Positions 8,731 to 17,100 of a stretch of DNA of 58,481 nt are shown one piece after another. The stretch covers positions 1 through 58,481 of the IMG/VR virus record IMGVR_UViG_3300030233_000054, one strand, 5' to 3'. The DNA is from a virus. Lineage: Duplodnaviria; Caudoviricetes. Made by a program: the position numbers and the translations under genes. Numbering within the stretch: the first letter of the stretch is position 1; each line of letters begins with the position of its first letter. The notes below the pieces were generated by a model that had not been told where the DNA came from, did no database searches, and worked only from the letters and a program-made list of their open reading frames with translations.

Positions 8731-9297
8731 TTAGGAGGTCGGGTGCAGGTAGCCCAGGACGATGGCGGTGCCGGTCAGTTCCGTGGCGGTCGCGCCAGTA
8801 ACGTCCAAGGTCAGGGGAGCGGCGCTCGTGCAAAGAACAACGCCCGAGGTTTCCAGAGCAAAGGCGGTATAGGTGTCGGCCACGGGCGAAGTGCCGGTGG
8901 AAAGGTCGGCGGAAATGTCGCCCGTACCGTTGGTAAGTTTGACGGTCGCCCCGCCGCTCACGGTGTCCTCGGTGTCGTACCGGAGGAAGGCGGCAACGAC
9001 ATACAGCTCGTAGCCAGCCGGGGGCGTGTAGATGACGGTTTCGGCGGTCGCCTCCAGGTCCACGGAGGCCGTCGCCTTCAGTGGAAGCTCCAACAGCACG
9101 CGAGCGGCGTCTGCATCGGCGGCGTTGCCCAGCAGACCGCCAAGCGTACTTACTTCCGGATGGGGCGTGCCATCGGCTTTGGCGATGCGGTGAGCGACCG
9201 CCGCTACAACGGTGGGCTCGGTTTCAGTAAATTCTGCGTTCTTCCAAAAGGGCGTGTTCTGGAGCGCCTGGCGTGCTTTCTCGACTAGATTGCTCAT
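8731..9297 (-). CDS. Putative virion decoration protein
   Basis: T/A/G-rich beta-sandwich-like sequence; 14-bp motif upstream. Confidence 0.5.
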   Translation of the reverse strand: MSNLVEKARQALQNTPFWKNAEFTETEPTVVAAVAHRIAKADGTPHPEVSTLGGLLGNAADADAARVLLELPLKATASVDLEATAETVIYTPPAGYELYVVAAFLRYDTEDTVSGGATVKLTNGTGDISADLSTGTSPVADTYTAFALETSGVVLCTSAAPLTLDVTGATATELTGTAIVLGYLHPTS

Positions 9298-9348
9298 GGT
9301 GGGATGGGTTGCCTTTCTCGATGTGTCTTTACCTTGGGGTGTTATATG

Positions 9349-9362
9349 TTATTTGTCAATAC
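9349..9362 (-). promoter_or_regulatory. GTATTGACAAATAA motif copy 1
   Basis: Exact 14-mer, 51 nt before ATG 9297. Confidence 0.75.
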
Positions 9363-9679
9363 TGCTCTGAAGGTTTTCCGTAGAGGCTTGGCTTGTCTTC
9401 CTCCCCGTCTTTGTTCGCTTCGGCCTGCTTGCGGAATTTCGACTCCAGATCGGAGAGAACTCCCCGCATAGACCGGCGCTCTTTCCACACGGCGCGGGCC
9501 ACCGGCAGGTCGTGATCCTTGCACTGGCCAACCTGGTCAAGCGCCTCCTCTTCCCGGCCCTGCATCTGCTCCAGGAACCACTGGAAATCCTCGCTGGATT
9601 CCAGCTCCTTGATGACGCCAAGGGCTCGGTGCGCCTCACGGCGTTTCTCTATCCGGCGTTCGTATTCCTCGGGCGTCAT
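9356..9679 (-). CDS. Small coiled-coil protein downstream of portal
   Basis: 4-nt overlap with portal stop; helical composition. Confidence 0.65.
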   Translation of the reverse strand: MTPEEYERRIEKRREAHRALGVIKELESSEDFQWFLEQMQGREEEALDQVGQCKDHDLPVARAVWKERRSMRGVLSDLESKFRKQAEANKDGEEDKPSLYGKPSEQY

Positions 9680-11910
9680 ACGGCAGGGGGAAGTTGTTCT
9701 TCAACGGCTTGCTCAGGAGGCAAAGCGCCCGCCTCTTCTGGGGGCATTGGCATCTGGATGTCGGAAACCTTCAGTAGACGGTCCTCGGCGTCCTGCACGT
9801 CCAGCGCCTTGAGCCGGTCCACATAGATCTTGCGCTCCCCTTCCAGTGCGTTGGGGTCAATGCCCATCTGAAGGCTCTGCATGACGTTCGCCTTCCACGC
9901 GCTGATGATCTGCGCGGCGGCGTCGTAGTTTTGCAGCACCTTCTGGTTGTGGCGGCGCGTCAGCAACAGCTTGACGTTCATCTCCAGATCAGCCACCTCG
10001 TCGGCCCGGAGCGATCCGGTCTTGCGCACGTCGCCCTCGGTGTACTCAAAGTCCTCCACCGCGTCCATGTACCGGAAGTCCAGGGACACAAGGCCCATCA
10101 GCATTCGCGTCAGGTCGCGCTCGAACACGAAGATGCGGGCCTGCCCAAGGCTCTCCGCCATTTGCAGGTTCGCGTTCACGCCGGTTGCCGTGTCGGAGGA
10201 AGGAAGGTCCACGGCCTGCGCTTGGCTTTCGGAGAGTACGCCCATGTCCAGATTGAGACTCTGCCTCATCATCTCCATTTGATTCACCAGATCGTCCGTG
10301 GGCTCGTAGATCGGTTGCGGCTTAACGACATCATCCATGTTCGTCTGCGAGTCCTTGACCGCCAGCACCTTATTGGAGCCTGGGGATAACTCGTCAGGCG
10401 GGTCCTGAAGGTTGCCCGGCTTCCAAAGCAGAATGCTTCCCGAGGTTGAATTGCGGAAGCACACCAGATTGTAGTCGTACTCGATCTTGTTCTGCTTCGC
10501 CTCGTGCGTCTCGAAGTCCCCCTCCCCGTACCAGACGCCGGGCAACTCGACATGGCGGGTGGGGTAGAAGGGACGTTCGGCGTTCTCGTACATCGCCCCC
10601 ACGTAGTTCCAGTACAGCGGCACGCCGCCCTGGGCTTCCGGCCCGTCGAGGAGCAGCGTCACGAAAACGTCTTCATCGTAGCCGTCCTCGTCCGCGTCGA
10701 AGTGAATGCAGACATCCGCCAGCGTGGCCTTGCGCACGCTGTTCACCGGAAGGTCGCTGCCGCTGTCGGCCTCGTCGTCCATCTCGGGGGCGGGATTAGC
10801 GCTCTCATCATCCGCGCTGATGAAGATTTCCTTCACCTTGTCGTAGATCGCCGTGAAGATGCCCTTGTTCTTCTGCGGCATCATAGTCTTGAGCTGCACC
10901 GGGTCGCGGTGGTAGCGGTTGGCGACTTCAGTCAGGGAAAGCTCGTAGGTGTGGAAAACGATGTCCGCGCTCTGAAGGTCGCGGGCCTTGAGCGGAGCGC
11001 CGAAACTTCCCAGTTCCAGCAGAGAGGCGTGCGCCCCACGGTCGCAGACTGTCCGGCGCTTAACCATCCTGCGTTCGTAGCGCACCGAGCCGAGGTCGCT
11101 CAGAATCTCCGGGCCTTCCTCGGTCATTTCACCCACCTCTACAAGCATGCCATCCATCAAGCCGATGCGGTGATCGTTCTTGGCAACAGCCAGTACGGGG
11201 GGGAGTTGTTCGTCCGCTTCTTCCGGCAAGTCCGCCCGGCGTTCGATCTCCTCAGGATGCGGAATCCAATCGTGCACGGTCACCGGCTCGCCACCGGCCA
11301 TCACCGTCACGCCGTTCTCGTCCACCGCCACGTCCTCGGGAGACTCGTAGCGCTTGACGGTCTGCCCGTGCCAAATTTTGATGACCGCCTCCCCGTGAAT
11401 CCGGCGCATGAGGCTCGCCATCACGCATTCGTCCTTGGTGTTGAGCTGGTCGAACTTATAGCGGGCGCGGTGCTGGATGCGGGCAGCCACGTCATCGTCC
11501 GCCTCGCCCCGTGGCTCCACCTCCATCCACGGCTCCATGCTGAAAATCTGATCGAAGTCGCGGGAGTAGCCGTACTGCACGCCGCGCTTCACATCATTCA
11601 GGGTGAAGTTGCAGAACTGGAAGACGGGCTCCATCTCGCCCTCTTTGGCCGCTTTCTCGCGCCATGCCCAGTCATCCTTGTATTGTTGCCAGTAGCGGTA
11701 GCGCTTCTGCATCCAGCCGCCGTAGCTCTCGGGGCGGATGCTCCAGCCCATCTCTTGACGTACTTCCTGAATGCGCTTAATGCAGCGGTCCTTGAGCAGA
11801 ATCAGCCGGTCGCGGGACATGCCGAGCAACGCGCTCTCGGCCATCGGACCTGAAAGGCTCAGCTTCGGCGGCGCTTCTTCCAGGTTCTCACTGCGGTCAA
11901 ATATGTCCAT
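9676..11910 (-). CDS. Portal protein (P22/N4-like)
   Basis: 744 aa, acidic; PRGEADDDVA, WYGEGD and TATGVN patterns seen in podoviral portals. Confidence 0.8.
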   Translation of the reverse strand: MDIFDRSENLEEAPPKLSLSGPMAESALLGMSRDRLILLKDRCIKRIQEVRQEMGWSIRPESYGGWMQKRYRYWQQYKDDWAWREKAAKEGEMEPVFQFCNFTLNDVKRGVQYGYSRDFDQIFSMEPWMEVEPRGEADDDVAARIQHRARYKFDQLNTKDECVMASLMRRIHGEAVIKIWHGQTVKRYESPEDVAVDENGVTVMAGGEPVTVHDWIPHPEEIERRADLPEEADEQLPPVLAVAKNDHRIGLMDGMLVEVGEMTEEGPEILSDLGSVRYERRMVKRRTVCDRGAHASLLELGSFGAPLKARDLQSADIVFHTYELSLTEVANRYHRDPVQLKTMMPQKNKGIFTAIYDKVKEIFISADDESANPAPEMDDEADSGSDLPVNSVRKATLADVCIHFDADEDGYDEDVFVTLLLDGPEAQGGVPLYWNYVGAMYENAERPFYPTRHVELPGVWYGEGDFETHEAKQNKIEYDYNLVCFRNSTSGSILLWKPGNLQDPPDELSPGSNKVLAVKDSQTNMDDVVKPQPIYEPTDDLVNQMEMMRQSLNLDMGVLSESQAQAVDLPSSDTATGVNANLQMAESLGQARIFVFERDLTRMLMGLVSLDFRYMDAVEDFEYTEGDVRKTGSLRADEVADLEMNVKLLLTRRHNQKVLQNYDAAAQIISAWKANVMQSLQMGIDPNALEGERKIYVDRLKALDVQDAEDRLLKVSDIQMPMPPEEAGALPPEQAVEEQLPPAV

Positions 11911-11915
11911 ATGCT

Positions 11916-11929
11916 TTATTTGTCAATAC
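11916..11929 (-). promoter_or_regulatory. GTATTGACAAATAA motif copy 2
   Basis: Exact, 5 nt before portal ATG. Confidence 0.75.
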
Positions 11930-11963
11930 CGCATATGGTGCCGCAAGGCAAGGGTGGATTTGG

Positions 11964-12146
11964 CTAGGAGGAAATGGAATGAGAGCCCTGCTCTTTAAAG
12001 GCGCGGAAGCCATCACTAACTCGAAGACGCTCCGGTGACTGTGCCCAAGCTTCTTCCGAGCTTTGCGGACGCCTCTTGGAAATCGCCGCCGCCGTTCGGA
12101 GCTTCACCTCTTCCCACTTGCGGGGGTCTGTTTCGATGTGGGGCAT
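11964..12146 (-). CDS. Hypothetical small protein
   Basis: 60-aa ORF, plausible composition. Confidence 0.35.
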   Translation of the reverse strand: MPHIETDPRKWEEVKLRTAAAISKRRPQSSEEAWAQSPERLRVSDGFRAFKEQGSHSISS

Positions 12147-12190
12147 AGAAATGGATTGCGCAGAGACTACATTCCGTCTTGCCTTGTGGC

Positions 12191-12424
12191 ATGGATGACG
12201 GGATTTACGAGCTGGTCTTTATGACGGAGTGCGGGCAAGGACTGGTCGGGGAAATGTACGTATGCGAGAATGTCCCGCACTTGATCCTGGAATGGGAGTA
12301 CGCAGAAGATGGGCAATCTGTGAAGCGGGGATTGGTTCTCGATCCGGCTCATCTCCAGAAGATTTCGGAGAAGCAGTACAATTACACGCAACCCTTGCCT
12401 GTACCTCCTCCGGAAACGTCTTGA
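12191..12424 (+). CDS. Hypothetical small acidic protein
   Basis: MDDGIYELVFMTE... natural-looking beta-rich sequence. Confidence 0.5.
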   Translation: MDDGIYELVFMTECGQGLVGEMYVCENVPHLILEWEYAEDGQSVKRGLVLDPAHLQKISEKQYNYTQPLPVPPPETS

Positions 12425-12488
12425 GTAGGCGATGCCATTCCTCGCTGCCAGGCTTTACCCGTCGCATCATGGCTGGTCGTGTCGGCAT
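12219..12488 (-). CDS. Hypothetical protein, possibly leaderless
   Basis: Extended -10 TGA-TACACT 6 nt before ATG 12488; overlaps the previous gene antisense. Confidence 0.35.
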   Translation of the reverse strand: MPTRPAMMRRVKPGSEEWHRLLKTFPEEVQARVACNCTASPKSSGDEPDREPIPASQIAHLLRTPIPGSSAGHSRIRTFPRPVLARTPS

Positions 12489-12535
12489 TACCCAAGTGTA
12501 TCATGGGGCCGGAAGAAAAAAAGTGAATTTTCTTG

Positions 12536-12564
12536 TTGCATCAATTAGTACCTTGTACTAGTTT
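12536..12564 (+). promoter_or_regulatory. Sigma70-like promoter TTGCAT-N17-TAGTTT
   Basis: Seen upstream of the plus-strand HTH/replication module, A/T tract upstream. Confidence 0.55.
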
Positions 12565-12663
12565 CTCACCAAGAAGCGGGCCGGTCGATGCGCTAACATC
12601 TTCCGGCCCTCGGTCAGAACCATTAACCCTTCAGATTAAAATGACCCCAACCATCAGTGTACA

Positions 12664-12876
12664 ATGCAGCAATTCAGCGAATTCCTCAAGCAAACAAGAA
12701 AACGTTACGGACTTACCCAAGACGAAGCGGCAATCGAATGGGAGATCCCGCTCGACACGCTACGGAGTTGGGAGCAGGGACGGCGAGCACCTAAACCCTA
12801 CGCGGAAAAAGCTCTTAAGGAGATCATCGCGCTCCGCCTTGCTAGCCTTGGCAAAGCGCCTCTGTCGGGAAGCTGA
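12664..12876 (+). CDS. XRE-family HTH regulator
   Basis: LKQTRKRYGLTQDEAA...TLRSWEQGRRAP. Confidence 0.85.
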   Translation: MQQFSEFLKQTRKRYGLTQDEAAIEWEIPLDTLRSWEQGRRAPKPYAEKALKEIIALRLASLGKAPLSGS

Positions 12877-12952
12877 CGTAGATTACGACCAGTTCCTTTA
12901 TTTGTGCTTACATCATGGAATAGTCGCCTTAACTTCAGTGGATGAATAACCG

Positions 12953-13915
12953 ATGCGCATACGAACCATCAAACCTGAGTTCTGGCGGCATCCCGTCATG
13001 GGTAGGCTTCCAGACGATGTGAAAACCATGGCGCTCGGCCTACTGAATTACGCCGATGACCATGGGTACTTCGAGGCAGACCCAATGCTTGTCAGGGCGC
13101 AGTTACGACCATTCGACGATGAATCGACGACGACTCAGCGATTGCTCGATGAGTGCTCGCGCGTGGGTTGGATTGAGTTGAAAATGCACGAAAAAAGAGG
13201 CTTGTTAGGTCATGTTGTGAATTTCAGTTCCCATCAAGTTGTTGATCGCGCAAAACCTTCTAAATTAGAAACTTACTGGGTCGACGAACAATCGACGACA
13301 GATCGAAGACTCGTCACTGATCCCTCACCGCTGGAACAAGGGAACAGGGAACAAGGGAACAGGGAAGGGATTGTTAAGGGAAACGATGATGGCGCAGGCA
13401 AGCTGCGCCCAGCGTCACGGAAGAAAGTTCAGCTCGCTGACGCGGACTGGGTGGAGGAGCTGTCCCAAGAGGAGGCCTGCCGGGGAATTGATGTCCCGCG
13501 AGAACTCGCCAAAATGCAGGCTTGGTGCAAGCAGAACGGCAAGCACCCAACCCGGCGTAGATTCACGAACTGGCTCAACCGGGCGGATAGAACGATTCAG
13601 GAAGTGCCCGTAAAGGCCCCTGGCGTTCGTCCTGACGCGCTGAAGAGCGTTCTCACGCACTACCGCTTCCAAAAGATCCTCGACACGCTCAAAAGCGAAA
13701 ATTCGGAAGACGATGAGTTAATCAAGAAATCGTGGTGCCACGTCTATGATTTGGCTTCATCGCTGAACGTGATGGATGAGCTTGTCAAGCACATGAAGGC
13801 CAACATCCCCACGAAACACTTGGACCGCCTGAGACAACTACGATCTGAGATTACGCCAGAGCAAAAAGAAAAATACCTCGACCCGTGCGGGCTTTACAAT
13901 AGGGACCGGAAATGA
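12953..13915 (+). CDS. Phage replication initiator / replisome organiser
   Basis: MRIRTIKPEFW...GLLNYADDHG...NFSSHQ N-terminus, EQGNREQGNRE linker, FTNWLNRA. Confidence 0.75.
   Translation: MRIRTIKPEFWRHPVMGRLPDDVKTMALGLLNYADDHGYFEADPMLVRAQLRPFDDESTTTQRLLDECSRVGWIELKMHEKRGLLGHVVNFSSHQVVDRAKPSKLETYWVDEQSTTDRRLVTDPSPLEQGNREQGNREGIVKGNDDGAGKLRPASRKKVQLADADWVEELSQEEACRGIDVPRELAKMQAWCKQNGKHPTRRRFTNWLNRADRTIQEVPVKAPGVRPDALKSVLTHYRFQKILDTLKSENSEDDELIKKSWCHVYDLASSLNVMDELVKHMKANIPTKHLDRLRQLRSEITPEQKEKYLDPCGLYNRDRK
13281..13366 (+). repeat. Iteron-like TCGACGA repeats and GGAACA(A)G tandem array inside initiator gene
   Basis: TCGACGA at 13124, 13281, 13292; GGAACAAGGGAACAGGGAACAAGGGAACAGGGAA at about 13333-13366. 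Confidence 0.45.
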
Positions 13916-14145
13916 ACGACTGGATTGAAATTGCGATTAAACGCTATCGAACGAACGCAAAACGGCGCGGCGAGATCGTGGATGAGCCTTCTGCCGAACT
14001 GTGCCTGATCGACTGCAATTTTCTTTTTGTAGTCAATTCTCACCGGCTTCTGGATGTGTATGAGATTCGCGGGGAAAGGATGCGGCGCATCCCGGAGTGC
14101 TATCACCAAGAACTGTACGACCACCACTACCTAGGGAAGGAGTAG
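13912..14145 (+). CDS. Hypothetical protein
   Basis: ATGA overlap with initiator stop. Confidence 0.55.
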   Translation: MNDWIEIAIKRYRTNAKRRGEIVDEPSAELCLIDCNFLFVVNSHRLLDVYEIRGERMRRIPECYHQELYDHHYLGKE

Positions 14146-14156
14146 CCGATAGCTAC

Positions 14157-17100
14157 TCAGTGGCTATCGGTGGCCGCCTGCAGGTACGCCCGGTTTAGGC
14201 TGTCGATAATCCGCTTTTCGCGCTGGTCCAGCGAGTCCAGGATTTCTTTCTTCTTGGCGTCGTCCAGCTTGGAAGCGCTGACCTGCTCCCGGCGTTCACG
14301 CACGCCTTTTAAAGCCTTCTTGGCATTCTTCGCTTGATCGCTCAGGCGCAGCAACGCGCTCTTGCTTTCGCGAATTTCTTGAACACGGTCGGCGTTGCCG
14401 GATTTCCTGTGCTGCTTGTACTGCCTGCTGATATCCTCGATCTCGCGGACGCGATCATAGAACAGGCGCTTGTCCATCCAAGTAGGCTTGGCACCCACCA
14501 CCGTCCGCAAGACGGGCACCTCGTTGTACTCCAGCGGTTCGCCGTCAAAGAGCTTGGAGGCGAGATTTGGAACGCGGATCAGCCATTCCCGGCCAGCCGA
14601 GCCCGTGAGTTGGCCAAACATGTAATCCCACACGTGCGGGCTGTAACTGAACGAGCCCTTGGCGAAGTCGTCTCCCCCGGTAAGCTGGTTGAGCTTCCGA
14701 CTCAAGGCAACGCTCATGGGCGAAGCGCTGGGATAGTACTGCTCGCTGGGAGGGCGGGTATCGTACGAGTTCTCCGGGTAGATGGGACGGTCGGCAAAGT
14801 CCCGGTTGCGGTACAGGTCCACAATCGGATCGAAAAGAGTTGGCGCGAGGAAATTGCCCAGGCTGTTCACGCCGCCAAACGGATTCGTTGCCTCTGCCGC
14901 AGTCGTGAGCGTGCCCATGGAAGCCTCCAGCGGCGTCTTCTTCCCGCGTGTCAGGGCACTAAGGTTGCGCCCCGCGTCCGTGAAGACGTTGTAGCCGTAC
15001 GGCAGCGGGATCTTCGCGTAGTCCCCGTTGGGCAGCATGAAGATCATGTTCCGGCTTTTCTCGTACTCGGGGATCTTGTCGTAAACCAGCTCCCCATCTT
15101 CATCTTCAGGAGAGAGGAATGAATTAAGCAGATCCAGCGCAAAGCCTTGAGCGACGATGGCGTAGACCACTTGCCGGACGCGTTTGTTCTTCAGGTTGTT
15201 GTAGATTACCAGATTCCCCTGTACCGAAGCGTTGAAGAACAGATAGAACGCGTTCATCGTCGGCCCAAGCGAGCCGCGCTTGTTGAAGTCCACTGTCAAG
15301 TTGCGGGCAACGCTGGCCGCTTCGGCGGGTGACATGCCTAGATGCTTGCGGGCATTCACGTAGGTAGAGAGGCGGACAGCATTGTCCACCGCCTGGTTGC
15401 CGCGCTCAACCAGATTCATGATGCCGCGAATAGAGCGCATCGAGATCGCGCCCGGCGTGTTCTTGCGCAGAGCCAACTCCCGGTTGAAGTTTTTGGCCTG
15501 GTTCTGCACATCGTCGATTTTGAAGAACGAAACCTTGCCGCCAGCCTTGGCGTACTCGCGGAAATGCTTTTGCCACTCGGTGGCCTCCTTGCCCTTCAAG
15601 CCATCGTACGCGCCGCGCAGCGCCTTCGGGTAGTCGCGCACCACATCCTTGAAGAACTTGGCCTTGCCGTACTTCTGGAGATGAACGCTCGCGGTCTGGA
15701 AGTCCCGCAGCGCATTACGCACCACGAAGTCGAGCGAGTAGCTGGTATTGAGCGCTGACAGTAGCCGGTTGAAATGCCCCGCCAGCTTAGCGAGCCCGGT
15801 CAGTTTTTCGGCATCCAGGTTGGAGAGGGCCTTCGCCACGCGCTCGTCTTTAATCAGGATGGTGACCGGCTTGCCGTCCACCTTCAGCTTGATGGAATTG
15901 CTTCCCACCAACCGCTGCGCCTGCTTGGTCAGCTTGTACTCGACAAGGCCGGTAGCCTTACTGAAGACAGGCCGAACGGCCACCGGATCAATGGCCCAGT
16001 AGTCGTCATTCGGGTTGTTCTTCACCAGCTCGTGGAACTGTAAGGCGACCTGGTTCTTATGCGAGCGAACCGCCGCCTCTTCCGCTACCATGAAGGCGTG
16101 CGCCAGCAAGTCCGTCGCCCGGCTCTTCCGGCCAAGCGCCATCTCGCTTTCCTTGCCCCGGATGTTGAAACCCGCCCCCTGCTTGGGGTTTCCGGGCTCA
16201 GTTCCGTCCGCCGCCTCATCCAGCCCGCGCAATGGGATGTAGTGCTTGTACTGGCTCCAAGCTTCAAATTCTTCCGGCGCGAGAAGCTGCCCTTCCTTGC
16301 GCTTCCGCATGGAGAACTTGGCCAGTCCATCCATCAGCTCGCCAATCTGCTTGAAGGTATCTCCTTTGTCTCCGCTCTCGGAATCCTTGATGATAGCTTT
16401 TGCCTCGGCAGTCAACATGCCAGAGCCGCCATCAAGGAACGCGGGATTGCGCTGGGCGATTACATGGTTGCGCTCAATGGCATGGCGGGCATAGAGGTAG
16501 TCTTCCACCTCGTCCAACGTCAGGTTGTTTGCCGTCATCAGGTCGATGACCGGCTCCTTGTACTTCCATTTGATTTGATCCAGCGCCTCGCCTGCCTTAC
16601 CGCTGTAAAGCGACTGTCCAAGATAGGGGTTCTCACTCTCCTTGAGCGGCCTGCCTAGTCCGTTCTCAATCGCTTCCTGCACACGCTTGAGCGGCAGGAA
16701 GCGGTCGGCAAACATGGAGAGCAGGCGGTCAGCCTCCGCTTTGATGGCTTGCCCCTTCCCTTCGAGGTCGCTGCGCAATTTCTGCGTCCAACCTTGATTA
16801 GTTTCGAGCAGGTCTTGCATCATGCCGGGGTCCGCGTAGCCGTCGAAGTCCCCCATGCGCGAAAGCGAGCGCGCATATCTGATGTCGCCATTGTGCGGAT
16901 CGAACGTCCCTTGATTCCCTGTAGCGCTCTTGATCTGATTCGGCTCAAACACCGCGATAGTGGGAGCGCCCTCTTCAGTCAACCGGATGCCGTCGTAGCC
17001 AAGTTGGCGGATCATGCCGACGCGGGTTTCAATTTCCGGCCAGCTATCCTCCGGGTTTCTGCGCATGGCTTTAATATCGCTCTCAGCGAAGCCTTTGGCC

